A stretch of DNA of 64,000 nt from positions 1 through 64,000 of the forward strand of contig LXFE01000257.1 of the NCBI GenBank assembly GCA_001929475.1. Direction: 5' to 3'. This DNA is from Neolecta irregularis DAH-3. Lineage: Eukaryota. Every line of letters starts with the position of its first letter. The first letter of the stretch is position 1. Position numbers and translations under genes: made by a program. Positions 25,401-39,476 of this stretch are shown in pieces. The notes beneath the pieces were generated by a model, which was given only the letters and a program-made list of their open reading frames with translations, made no database searches and was not told where the DNA came from.

Positions 25401-28165
25401 TGAGACAGCAATCGCTACTCTTGTCGATTGTGAGAGGTTCCTAAGCATCAACAGTTCAAACAAGAACCTCTCGAAATGGTTACAAGACATTGAAGAGTGG
25501 ACGTCCAGAGCAACAAAGAATGATCTAAACTATTAAAGGAAATTCTAACCATTCTAGGTTTGATGATATCAAAGAGCTCATATCAACTCGGCGTGTCCTT
25601 CTGTCGATTCTCAATAAATCTGCGTCGTTGCGAGGTCGACTCCACATTAAAGAAGCAGAAGCACAGGTTGCGCTTGCGAAATGGACATCTGATAGCATTG
25701 ACACAGCACTGAAATTCAAAGAACCACAGGCGGCCTTGACAGATCTCGCTTACTTGGATTGTCTAGCTAATATTCCAAGCTATCTAAAAAAGTTTAAACT
25801 TGCAAACATTCTTTGGGAACAAAAGCTAGAACCTGAGGCCGTCAGATTACTGGAGGAACTAGGAGGCATTGATGATAAAGAACTAAAGACTCATGGGGTA
25901 CGAAAATCGAGGATACATGTTCTGATGGTATAACACATCTCAGGAAAATCAGTTAACTTGCAGTCTCGTTGGTCGGCTGAAGCTCGTCTTATGCGGACCG
26001 GAGCGATTTGTGGATACCTTGAAAATGCACTTAATGAATTGAACCAAGGAAAATGTCAGTGGGGTGAGCTTTTTTATACTTACGCAGAAATATGCAGCTC
26101 TCAATACGAGCAGCCAGAATTCAACGACGAAATGAAACACGCACAGGAGATTTTCCTGAAAAAGGATATCGAAGTTCAGGCCTTGAAAGCATCATACCTG
26201 AGAAACACAGATGACATCGAGCTTAAAAGACGCTTCTACATAGCTAACAAAATGCGAAATTCAGATTCACAGGAACTTTCGCGTCTGCAGCAACGATCCC
26301 GTAACTATTTGGAAACTGCTATTCGAATGTATCTTGAGTGTCTCAAGATTTGCGATGACTTTGACGATTGTATATTTCGACTGTGTGCTCTATGGCTTTC
26401 CAAGTACGACCAAACCCTCGATTCATATTGCTATACGAAATTTCGAGACGTTGCATCCCACAAGTTTATCCGGATATTCAACCAACTTTCTTCTCGACTG
26501 GATATTCAGCAAGGACTCTTCCAAGAAGTGTTGGTTCAGTTATTAACTCGTGTTGTTGCCGAACATCCCTTCCATACTATATATGCAGTTTTCGCCATAC
26601 AAAACATGACAAGTTCCTCGAATGCCGCATATGATACTAGTCCCGTTAATAGATCTAGATCCCAAGCCGCAAAATTTCTACTTGATGGTTTCTCTCAAAT
26701 CAACAGTTCCATGGCTTCCTTACGGTCTCGTGTTGAGCGACTTGTCAAAAGCTATATCGACCTAGGTGTAATAAAACCCAACACTCAGGGTCAATCCATC
26801 AAGCTTCCAGAGAATAAACACAGAGTTTTATTTAAGGATCTTCCACGTTGGAAATTTCCCAATCCGACGAGCAAAATTCCAATCAGCATTACCAAGAATT
26901 ATGCACAAATGCCAATCATTCAGAACATAGACCCTAACGTCAAAGTTGCTTCTGGAAATTCAAAACCCCTGGTCTTTAAAGTACTGGATTCAGATGGTAT
27001 CTGGCATCGTCAGATCGTATATTCATTAACCATCCTACTGTTGACGAATTAGGTCAAAAATGGTGACGACCTCCGCCAAGATTCTGTCATGGAGCAAGTC
27101 TTTGATGAAGTAAATATCGTCCTTCAACGTCGAAGAGAAACCAGATATCGGTCACTGACTATCAAGACCTATGTCGTTGTTCCTCTTTATCCACGAGGAG
27201 GTCTCATTCAGTGGGTTGACAATACAACTGCGCTCAAAGAGTATCTCAACAGTCGTCATCATAAATATTACAAACACGACCTCAAATTCATCAAATGTCA
27301 CGAGCTTGTGGGTAATGCGCAGGGCGCACAGCGAATCAAGGCTTTCAAGAATGTTCTCGAGAATTTCCATCCTGTGATGAATCATCTCTTTCTCGAAGAC
27401 TACACCGACCCCGAAGTTTGGTTCTCCACGCGCGTGAGATACGCTAGAAGTTTGGCTATTATATCTATTGTGGGCGAAATCATTGGCCTAGGGGATCGCC
27501 ATGGCTTTAACATTCTTTTTGATCAACAGACTGGCGAAGTCGTCAATATTGACTTGGGAATAGCATTTGAAAAGGTAGCATGTGTCCAAATGTACTGGCT
27601 TGACTCTACTAGGGCAAAACGTTGCCTGTACCCGAGATGGTCCCGTTCAGATTGACGCAGAACCTAGCAAGTGTCTGCGTGGTCGGATATTGACTTTCAG
27701 GTTGATGGTCTGGGTTATCAAGGTGTTGAAGGAACCTTTCGTCGATGTTGTGAAATTACGCTCAGCGCTCTACGAGAAGAGAAAAAGAGTATTATGACGA
27801 TCTTGGATGTTCTAAAACATGATCCACTTTACGACTGGTACACGTTAGCTCATTGAGGCATCATTTAAACACTTTAGGACAATCAGCCCTCTCAAGCTTG
27901 CTCAAATCCAGGATCGGTACAATGTTCAAACCGGACAAATCACCGATCCACATGTGAAATCTGCCAATATTAATTATCCGGAAGCCGAACGAGCACTTTT
28001 CACGGTTACCAAAAAATTAACTAGTACCCTTGGAGTCGAGGCCACTGTCAATGAACTCATTCAGACAGCACAGGATGTCGAAGTCCTTGCCATGATGTTC
28101 CAAGGTATGCTGGCCCGCTTGTTTTATTCATTTCTGATTAAACAGGATGGGGCGCATGGCAGTGA
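19435..28165 (+). CDS. TEL1: ATM/Tel1 PI3K-like kinase; start approximate, ~8 exons
   Basis: TAN-like [12 protein letters not shown] region, kinase [27 protein letters not shown], and FATC-type end LAMMFQGWGAWQ*. Intron 27667-27700 is GC-AG. Confidence 0.93.
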
Positions 28166-28293
28166 TATCCATATTTATATGGCACAGAGAAGTCAAAGCA
28201 ATAAAAACAAGCTTATTTTTAAATATACCCCTATTTTGTATTTACAAATACACCAGAGGACCCCACACGCCCATATAAAGATATAACCGACAA

Positions 28294-31200
28294 TCAACCT
28301 AATTTAGCAATATTCATCATCTCTTGAATGAAAATCTTTTCCAGTTCCACAAGAGGAACTTGGTTGTTAGTTGTGGGGCTTTGAATCACATCTCGAGCTG
28401 TCTGAGCGGGCGAGTAGTTTACAATGCGACTACTGTTTCTCTTATTCGAAAGCAAATAATCACTTGCCACAGTTTGCGCTTCAAGATATCCAATATCAAC
28501 GTTGGATATATTCTCTGTACTCTTGAATGCAGATGTCCGGGGTTCATATGGCCATCTCTTTGACGCAAAGGGAGTTTTTGGGATGATATTTTCATCTAGA
28601 AATGGGTTGGCTTTCGCCAGCAGACATTGTATATCCAATGACTCTCCAGGCAAGATGGGCGTGGGGTGTGAAGGGGTAACGCAGTCTAAATCGACCTCCT
28701 TTCTCAAAACTTTATCGATATCAACGGCTGAGAAAAATGCGCATCCCTGAATTTGGATTAATTTGAGTGAAAAAGAAAGGTGTACCTGGGGAACATCATT
28801 AATTCCAAGTTGTTGACAGAACATGGCTCTCGTCCATAGATTACTGATCTGTAAAGCCATTGCAGCGCGATATTTATCCTCCTCTCTTACCAAATATCTG
28901 ATTTCATCATGAACAGTCAAAGATAATCGAGCGTTAATATTATATCGCCGTATTAAATATTCCATTGAAACAATAAGTAAATGAAGATAATCAACACCAG
29001 ACGATTGAATGGCCCAATTGATCCGGGAAGTCATGAAAGCTCCTTTGCTCAGATTTTTTCGTAGTAAGGCTTCGGTGATTGTACATCCTAAGACGGGTGT
29101 CCTGGGTACGTCTTCCTCAGCTATTTCCTCCAGTTTGTTAAACACGAAACTCTCTGTCCCCCCTCGCCAGAACTTCTTTTTACTATTTGTGGGATTCTTT
29201 GGAGAACCGCAAAGAGATACTAATTTATGACCTTTTGTTGCTTTGTAGAGATTCGCAGCAACCTTTTTAGCGTCGACTTCTGATATTGAAGGATTAAATT
29301 GCTGTAGGAGCTGACAAGCGAATGGCAAGCCGGCACCATAGATCCTTCCGTAATTGAAGATCTGCAGCCTGTAAGATTGAATTGGTGAAATTATGATACC
29401 TTGGCAGCATTACGAGAAATTCCCAAAATGCTTGCTGTTTTCGAGTGCATATCAGTTCCCGCAGACTTTGTTCCTTCAAGAGTCATCCATCCCATGGCGG
29501 TTGCTCCATGGTGTTTGAATTGGGCGTCACCAATCAAACTTGCAATCCATAATTCTTCTGAGCTGCGAAGTTAGCCTTTTTTTCAGTGTCAACCAGTCAT
29601 ACTCGACATCAGCACCGACAAATGTATATCCTTCAGGGGCTCTGACCATAGCTTTCAACTCTGAACCGATCCTATTTTTCTTTGCATTGCTGGCCGTGAG
29701 CCAAGTTTTTTCCACTGCTCGTCGAGTAATAGTTCCCATAGGAATAATCTGAGGTAATATTACACCGATTTCCAAGTTTTCGTCGACTCCTAAATCATGC
29801 TCATGCGACCCCCAAACAACAAACTGTGAAGTGATTCGTTCTCGAGCACATATCCAATATGAACAAGCCGCGTTCATATTTAGAGCGTCGCGAGCATACA
29901 AGAATTCTGATTCCAAGAGCCCATCTTCGAAAGCTTTTATATAATTCTTAGCCATTGGAGAACAACAGCGCGCAGCGGCACCGTCTTTATGAGGAACTTT
30001 GAAATATATTCCTTCGGTATCGAGTTGGAGTTTTTTGTTTGGATCTTCAGAAAAATCACAACGAACAAAATGCTTTGCTTCATAGAGTATCGAGTTAGAG
30101 GAGTCCACAAGGCGGAATGTCCAGCCGTATTTGTCGGACCAAACAAGGGGATTCTTTTCCCATGATAGGCGCAGGAGGAGGGGAGCAATGCGTGTTCGGA
30201 CGGAAATATTTATTGGTTTTGTTGATGTGGGATGTAGCGCTCTGTACCATTTAGGGTAGCCAGGTAGAAACGATCCTTTCGGAGGTCGCAGTTCCTTTGT
30301 TTTTTTGTCCATTACTTCTTGAATCTTTTGGACTGACCAATCGAGCTGGCAGAGCCACGGATCTTTTTCGATCTCATCAGGCGAGTCTTTTAATTTCAAG
30401 GCCTCATTAGCGAGGGTAATTAACCTTTTTTGGATTTCTGTTGACATTTCTTGATAGATCTCTTCAGCCTTTGCAATGTAATGTTTCCAGGATTTGTTCA
30501 CCGGAAGAAAAACGGATGCAAGGCGAGTAAGGCCGACAAAGCTTACTGGATGGGGACAAACTTTCCGAAAGGAAGGGAAGACTGCTTTGTACACTTGGTG
30601 AGTGATTCGGACATCCTCCGCGCAATATTTGATAAGCTCTTGGAACCGGTCGAAAACCCCATCTCTGTCTAATTCACCAAAGAGATCTCGGGTAGACTTA
30701 TCGGGAAGGATGTTGCAATGAAACCGAGCCACTTCAAGGAGACTGTTTGTTGAACTTTTCGAAATCCACGGCTCGTCAAATTCTTCGAATTCAATGACTT
30801 CAAGTATACTAGCCAATTCTGCTGCATTTGCTTCTGCAGTAATCTGTTCCTTTAGTTCTTTATTTTTCCTGTGTTTAAGCCATGTTGGTCGTTGGCGAGA
30901 ACACATTCCATTTACAGCAACGTGAAGAGACATAGTATCGATAAATGCTATTCTATGCTCTTTGAAATTATATTGTTCCCTAATTCGTGCTCGATCGTAA
31001 CCGATATTATGACCAACAATTACACGTTCTTTATCTGAGGAAGGAAGAGGAATCAAATGTTCCGGCTTATCGGAGTGTCCAGTGATCCAAGGGGAAACCC
31101 ATATATACCATGCCTCGCTAGAAGCAGCGCAGGCCATGACAGCGTATTTTGATATTTTGTACAAAACTTCAGTATCAAAGACGAGGCAGTCATCTTGCGG

Positions 31201-31725
31201 ACAATCGATTTTGTCTACTGCAAAGTCTCCAAGGAGGGTCTCCATGGGTCGTTTCACGTTGTTTGGATTTATAGGTGTATAACGGTGCCAACCAGGTTCT
31301 CGCATAAATTCCGCTGGCATTGGAGGGAGTTGAACACGAGCGAAATGGGTTGCTTGGGACAGGTAAGGTTCGGCGATCTCCATCCCGATATTATGGAAAT
31401 GCTCATCGAAAGTAGTTCCGCACAACGGCGGAAGGTTCATTTCGATCGGCGCGGACATGTTTGTGGTTTTGCCATAGAGGCCGTGCAGCGACAAATGCTT
31501 TCGCGACAGGTCTACGAGTTCTCGCGGTGGTTCAGTAACCAGACCGTTAAAGAGCTGGCGATGCAATGACGGAGAGAGCTGTTGAATGCCTGCTTGGTTT
31601 ACTCGGCGCTTTCCTTCAGGCGGCACGGCAACGGCACTCGGGTTGAGTGTACGTACAGGCGAAAAATGGCCAAAGTACCTGCGCAGACTATGGTGGCCAT
31701 TTAGACGGCGCAAAACATAGGCCAT
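28294..31725 (-). CDS. MIP1: Mitochondrial DNA polymerase gamma, ~4 exons
   Basis: Exo FDTE and GHNIGYDR; Pol [33 protein letters not shown]. In-frame intron at 28747-28785. Confidence 0.95.
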
Positions 31726-31899
31726 GTTGTCTATTTCAGCAACAGTAGGTCGCTCGAGGTTGGAGATTAGGCGGCAATCGCCACGTCCGATCAAAGAAGT
31801 CGAAAGCAACGTCTTGGGTTCAGAATACGAGAAGCACGTGCTTCTGTGGCACCGCAAACCTGGTAAAGAGTCGCTTTCTCACTCCGCATAGACTCCATT

Positions 31900-32885
<986 letters not shown>

Positions 32886-32949
32886 AGGCGGTAATTCGCC
32901 AATATAACGTTAGATCATACCGAACGTCCGTTTATAATACATAAACTCA

Positions 32950-34673
32950 TTAAATTTTCTTTGAATCTCTTCCTAGTCCATACCTCCTACAAATAGCCTC
33001 CACATCTCCTATCGCATCAATCTCACCCTGTGCAATATAGACCGGCCTCCCGCTACCCTGTCCAATATTCATCACGGCTCCAGTTAACACCCGTTCTGCA
33101 ACTCTTCGTAGATCGCTGGTTGTCAGAGCAGAAATCTTTTTACACATTTCCCGCGCACCAACTTTATATCCTTGAACTTGAACCTAAAAAATCAGTCTTC
33201 AACTGAAAAAGTTATTACCTGTCTTCCAAGATCCTCAAGTTCAGTCATTCTACTCTCAAGATTCATCAACAAAGAGCTCCGTAATTGATTTTTGGAGCGC
33301 TCGACTTCCGTCTTGGTTAATCCTCCTTTTCCATCATGCATAATCAAGGCCAACTGCTGGCACACAACATCAGCGATACGATGAGCAGCGTCGTGTCTAC
33401 AACTGGCAGAAATTCCAAAAAGGCCAGAATCGACATAACTATGTTGAAATGCAAGACAATTTTCTACCCAACCATACTGATTCAACACTTCTGTAAACAG
33501 ACGGGAGTACATCCCTTTTCCAGGGCCACCGGCGCTGAAAGAGCCGCCTCCACCCATGAGCATTTGGAGTGCTGCAAGGGCATATATATCAGGATCAGAG
33601 ACTGCCAGACTTTCGAATGCGAGGTAAAAATGTGTAAAATGTGTTTTAGGTATTGCTTCGTGTGGAAGCATCCTTGCACCCCCAGTGAACCGTGCAGGAA
33701 TTGACAACGGAGCAAGATTCTCTTCATTTTCTGGGGAGAGAGATGATTGTGATGTAACTGTTGATATATTTTCAGGTAATGGTTTCGACGGTAAATTCGT
33801 TCCATTTACAAGTGAATGCTTCAAAGAATCTGAGCAAGTCGAGGATTTCGGTGAGCCTGTTGTCATATCACCAAAATATTTTCTGGTTAGCTCAAGAGCT
33901 TTGTCGTGAGGAACTCCAGCAAATGCAACGACCAACCTGTCTGGTGTAAAGAACACATCTCGATATTCCTTGACTAGCTCTGGCGTAATCTGTAGTACTC
34001 GGTCCTCTGGACACAAGGTTGGATTTCCAAGTGTAAGACTATTATAAGCGGCCGCATGTAAAATCTCCGGCAAAATCAAATCTGGCTTGTTCCAAATTTC
34101 TTGAAGCTCAAACAATGCTGTTTCTTGTTGCATATTGACTTCTTCGGGAGTGATTAGTGGATCACGAATTGTTTCGCTTAACAATACCATCATTTTTTCG
34201 ACGTCGTTGTTGAACACAGCCGATTGATAGACTATAAATTCGCGTGATGATGAACACATGTGGTTTCCACCTAACGATTCAAGCGATTCGAGCATATTAT
34301 CTGCTGTCCTTGAGCCAGTGCTCTTTTAGGAGGTAAACGAAATGTCTGGGAATGGAAGATACCTTAAATGCTAGACGGTCGACTATATGACTTACTCCTT
34401 CGAGTTTTTTCGATTCATAGCGAGAACCGGCATTTACATATACTCCCAATGCTGAGAAATGACCTGGAAGAGCTTCTGTAGCTACGCGGACTCCATTTTC
34501 TAGAGTTGTGATTTGATCGAGTTCAGTTGTATCCTTGAGGTTAAATTTTGAGTGGAAAAATTTCGTACTCGAGACAAGAGATCTACAGGAATAGCATGGG
34601 CTTTTCGAGCAGCAGATGACCCGGAAAAGGATTTCGGGACGAATTTGGGCGCCGAACGTAGCAACCTCCACAT
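32950..34673 (-). CDS. MAS2: Mitochondrial processing peptidase alpha subunit, 4 exons
   Basis: GVSHIVDRLAFK, glycine-rich GGGGSFSAGGPGKGMYSRL, LMNLESR, EDLGRQ. Confidence 0.95.
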
Positions 34674-34840
34674 GCTGCTGTAGGATTGATTATTCGGTGT
34701 GCAGAAAATATGAAAGTTTGCAGATAACAAAAGTTTACTCGACTGATGACACATTGATTTACAACCTCCTCTACGACAATTTTATGATATTACACCCAAT
34801 TATTGATATGCAGAAATTTATTGTGAATAAAACCCCATAC

Positions 34841-36256
34841 TCAAGTAGATTCAACTTCGCTGGCCTGTGGTATAACCCACCAATATTTCTTTTGGGTGTC
34901 CCGTCGTGTCTTCATCACTTCCAGTATATTATTAACTCTTGCAGCCTCTTGTGTTCTCGCAGAAGCTTCGTGTATTTTAATAATATTTAACAAAGTCGAT
35001 TCAGCAATGGTGAACGTCCCATGATCCTCCTTAAATTTCTCAGTAAATTCGATCAAGAGCCGCTCCGCTGCAGCCGTTCGCATGCCTCGAAGCTCGTCTT
35101 GAATTATTATTAAGTACATTGACCATGAAGGGTCGACGTTGACCTTGGAAGAGCGCATTAGGTCCCATATAGTACGGGCAGTGGAAGGAACAACTCTTTG
35201 ACGATAAGATGTCCAAGCAACCCGGGTGCTTCGGAGAGCCGCCCAGCGGAGAAGCGCGGCCCACACTTCAAACGGGCACTTGATGCGATAATGCCGGGAG
35301 ATCAATTCGACACTCGAGAGTGCAGCTGATATCATGCCGTTGAAGCCATAAGCTACAGCAAGAGCCATGAGGGTATGTGGTGTTGGCGCTTGGGGATGGT
35401 GTCGCGGAAGCAGCGGTTGAACAATATGGGATCCCTCCTCGTCTGGATGAAGCGACAAACCAAATATTTCTTTGAGAATGTCATGAATCCCTTCCGTGTC
35501 TCCCTTTTTTGCTCTAGCAAGGATCAAAGTGTCAAATGTTGCGCTGTTGGGATTGACTTTGTTCTTGATCATCACTCTTAAGAGATTGGTTGCAGCCGCA
35601 ATGTCTTGCTGCCCACTAGTAGCCCTGGTACGAAACTCAAGGGAGTCGATTCCATAAAGAATAGCGATTACGGAATTGTAGCAGTACACGTCTGGTTTTA
35701 CGCCTGATGCAATGAGTTCCTGCCAGATTTGTAGCGCGTAATCATTGAATGACCCTGCACGTGCGCAGGCGAGGATATGGGCATAGTCGTTGACAGAGAG
35801 TCTTTCGACATGGGATGCCAGGGCTTGCTTGGTTTCTAGTAGATTCCTGAAAAGAAGGTCTCGTTTCTCGTTAGACTTTGGCCTGGTTGGAGAGAATTTT
35901 AGATATCTCCGTGGTCTCAAAGAGTGCAGGAGAGCTGAGTAGTCTTCGGGGGTGAGAAATTCTACCTGATGGTGGAGCTTGATCATGTTGTACTCTTGCC
36001 AGAGGAGCTTATATTCCCTTGTCCTTAGAAAACGGCGGAATTTTGAAATTTGACCAGGGTCGTAACGGGGCACATAGCGAAAAGTGCTCGGTCGTGGACG
36101 GGGTGTAATTGACGCAGAAAAGGCGAGTGTAGGACGGAAGTGTTTGTGGGGAGCGCTGGTTGGTGGTTTGGGGGTGGAAAATAATTTGGAGGAGACGCAT
36201 GAGGCGTATTCTCTGTAAAAGAGCCGCTGCATGGGCAGAGGGGTGGGTATATGCAT
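34841..36256 (-). CDS. AEP2: Mitochondrial PPR protein, Aep2/Atp13-like, intronless
   Basis: PPR repeats (GVKPDVYCYNSVI, VNPNSATFDTLI) and ATP13-like PTPHTLMALAVAYG...VELISRHY..VWAALLRW. Confidence 0.7.
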   Translation of the reverse strand: MHIPTPLPMQRLFYREYASCVSSKLFSTPKPPTSAPHKHFRPTLAFSASITPRPRPSTFRYVPRYDPGQISKFRRFLRTREYKLLWQEYNMIKLHHQVEFLTPEDYSALLHSLRPRRYLKFSPTRPKSNEKRDLLFRNLLETKQALASHVERLSVNDYAHILACARAGSFNDYALQIWQELIASGVKPDVYCYNSVIAILYGIDSLEFRTRATSGQQDIAAATNLLRVMIKNKVNPNSATFDTLILARAKKGDTEGIHDILKEIFGLSLHPDEEGSHIVQPLLPRHHPQAPTPHTLMALAVAYGFNGMISAALSSVELISRHYRIKCPFEVWAALLRWAALRSTRVAWTSYRQRVVPSTARTIWDLMRSSKVNVDPSWSMYLIIIQDELRGMRTAAAERLLIEFTEKFKEDHGTFTIAESTLLNIIKIHEASARTQEAARVNNILEVMKTRRDTQKKYWWVIPQASEVEST

Positions 36257-36321
36257 TGTGTATGCGCTCAAGCCAAGACCAAGACGCCGGGGCGCAGACG
36301 TGGCGCGGCTGCTGACTGTTG

Positions 36322-39016
36322 ATGCCGGCTCACCGCCAAAAGACGCTGCCCGAGGCCTGGCCCGACGCTGCTGCTAAACGCCAAAAGACCAGTTTTGCAC
36401 CGGTCAAGATGCAATTGCGCCCTCCACAACCATCGCCGCAAGCAGATCCGGCGCTGCCGCCGCTGCCCAAGCGCAGAATCGCACTCAGACCGGCAAATGG
36501 ACCGGCAAAGCTGGTCATCAAGAATATCCGCCCGCCACAACCGGAGAACCAGCGGATATACCTCGACCAGAGCTTTGACCGCCTTCGTCGCATGATGCTG
36601 GCTGTTCTTGCGGCAGAAGGCATCGAAGACTCGTTGCAGGAAGCGTACAAGGGCGCCGAGGCGTTGTCGAGAGCCAACAGATCCGCAGACATCCAGCATA
36701 TGCTCGAAGCGAGCTTTGACTCGTATTTCAAAGTCTCTGTGAGCCCCGAGATTCATCGGCTGGCCAGGATTGTCGTCCCCTCGACCCTTCTCCAAGAAGT
36801 TAACCGCCTGTGGGATCAGTGGTTGAAGCAGCTGGTATCGATGCCTTATCGTCCTCTCTCCTAACAGCAAGAGCACAATACGTGGCATCCTGCAGTTCCA
36901 CGATCAAAATTACTGCTGGAGCACACCCAATGTTCCTACAATCTGGTAATTTCTCTCTGCGGTTGGCCAGCTTATTGCTAGGGTGTTGGGCACTACCTTC
37001 TTCAGAGATCAAGTCATCACGACCAACGAATTACAACCACACATCATCCAATCAGCAATCGAGCTTTTGAAGGCTCATCGTGACGGCGACCGCTCGGATT
37101 CGTTAATTCTCAAAGCCACTCTGTCAATATTCAATATACTCGGTATATATTCTGAGAAATTATATGATCCTCTGCGTATAGCTACCTCGAAATACCATAC
37201 TCAACTGGCACAAACCGCATTTAGTGAACTTTTGGTTGAGGATTACTTGAAATTTATCGACGACCGATTACAACAAGAGGAAGAGCGATGCGTCTTTTTG
37301 TCTTTCGATAAAGCAACTCGGAACGCTTTTGTCAAAATTATTCAGGACACAATGATCCGCCAGAAAGCTCTCCTCATTCTCGAAGAGGGCTTCCAGGATC
37401 TAATGGAGAGAAAGAAACACGATTCTCTCCACCTTCTCTACACCCTGCTTCAGCGGACTGAGCAAGTCAAACTCCTCCAAGACCACTGGTCCCACTATAT
37501 TCTAGTACGTGTTCTTCCAATGTTTTCACTTATCAGTCTCAGAGCAAAGGGGTAAGGTTGGTCACCAACCCTGAACTCGATAATGAAATGATTGATTCAT
37601 TACTGGCCTTCAAAAAAGAGCTCGATACCGTCATTTCTACGTCCTTCTCCAACACCGTAGATTTTGTCCATACTCTCCGCCGTGATTTTGAAAATTTTAT
37701 CAATAAACGACAGAATAAACCAGCTGAAATGGCTGCCAAATACCTCGATGGAATTCTTCGCCGCGGAAATAAAGCAGGTGATGACTTTGTTGTTGAACAG
37801 AAAATGGATCATGTCATTGAGGTTTTCAAGTTTATTCAAGGTGAGCGATGCTCTACTAATTGTCCTGACGTAACAAAGGGAAAGATGTGTTTGAAGCCTT
37901 TTATAAACGCGATTTGGCGAAACGTCTACTGTTGAATAAGAGCGCAAGCGATGATTTGGAAAAGTCCATGTTCTCAAGACTTAGAGAAGGTATGCTAGTA
38001 GCTAGTATCAAGTTTAATTGCTTCAGAGTGCGGATCACAGTTCACCCAAAATCTAGAGACCATGTTCAAAGACGTGAAAACATCTGCCGACATGATGGAG
38101 CAATTTAGGGTATATTTTGCCTAATTTGAAAAGTTTTGATAGCAAGAATTCGAAGCATAGAGAGACTTCTACCAATATCAATGTGCGGATCTTGACCCAC
38201 AGTTCGTGGCCAGAGTACAAAGAGGTGAAATTTCGGTTTCCCGAAACTCTTTCTCGCGATTTGGAAATTTTTAAGCAGCATTATAAGGAAAAATCACCGA
38301 ATAAGAATCTCGAATTTCGGCATGCCTTGGATTACTGTGTTGTTACCGCAAATCTCCCCCGGGTTTCATTTCCCTCCTCGACTGAAGCTAACGTTGCAGG
38401 GCACGAAAGAGTTACATGTCAGTCTATTCCAAGGGGCAGTGTTGCTGTTATTCAATAACGTGGAAGACGGAAACGTATTGACATATGAAGACATCCAAGG
38501 CGCGACAAGCTTAGGTTTGATCACTAAATATCACCAACAAACTAATCAAAAGCCGACCAAGAGCTCATTCGAACAATGCAATCCCTTTCCTGTGGAAAAT
38601 TTCGAATATTGACAAAATCGCCCAAAGGCAAAGAGGTCAAACCAGACGACACGTTTCAACTAAATGAATCCTTCACTGATAAGCAATTCCGCATAAAGAT
38701 AAATCAAATCCAACTCAAAGAGACTAAAGAGGAAAATGAAGCAGCACATAAAGAAGTCGAACAAAATCGGACATATGAGATGCAAAGTGCAGTCGTCAGA
38801 GTCATGAAAGCCAGACAGCGAGCAAGCCATCACGATCTTGTCCTAGAAGTCATCTCGATTATGAAAGCTAGAGGTGCTTTAAACGTCAAAGAACTAAAGA
38901 AAGTAATCGAAAAGCTGATCGATGATGTACACTGTTTCCGAGAATTTCTAGTTTGGCTAATTTGTTAGGAATATATTGAGAGGGAGGAGGATGGAACGTA
39001 CAAGTATTTGGCTTAA
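36322..39016 (+). CDS. CUL4: Cullin-4, 10 exons
   Basis: KLVIKN N-terminal motif, [36 protein letters not shown], neddylation motif VRVMKAR, end YKYLA*. Confidence 0.9.
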
Positions 39017-39476
39017 GGATTGATGTTCCTGGGGAGTTCTTTTTGGACTTGCATTGTGCATTTATCTATAACAAATATAAACCATTGGTTATCTCTATCA
39101 TATATATTATCCACGATTCCTTCAATAGATATAAAAAGTCACCGTCTATACTAAACTACGAAATAAAATCCATGAAAAACAAAAAACCTATCAAACCAGG
39201 CCAAGAATTTTCTGCATCAAGACCGAAGAACACTTATCCCAATGAATTTGAAAATAAAAACAAACCAGGTGAAAGACATTTCGGAGACAAGAAGGAATGA
39301 TCCACCTCAAGGCGAAATCAAGGTAGTCCCAGGTGGAACCTCAAGATCGAGCATTCAAGCCAAATGTTAAACAAGATATATAAAAAAGGTATCGGGGAAA
39401 ACTGCTTCTATATTCAAATGAACGAGTGAATCTAAATGAATGTTGGTCTATATATCCTAGTCCCAGGGGTGTTCTT

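Noticed and set aside
19435-25517. 6-kb intron-free TEL1 exon as evidence of retro-insertion or horizontal transfer
   Set aside because: Contiguous with a normal Tel1 kinase region; hidden in-frame introns cannot be excluded in a poorly conserved region.
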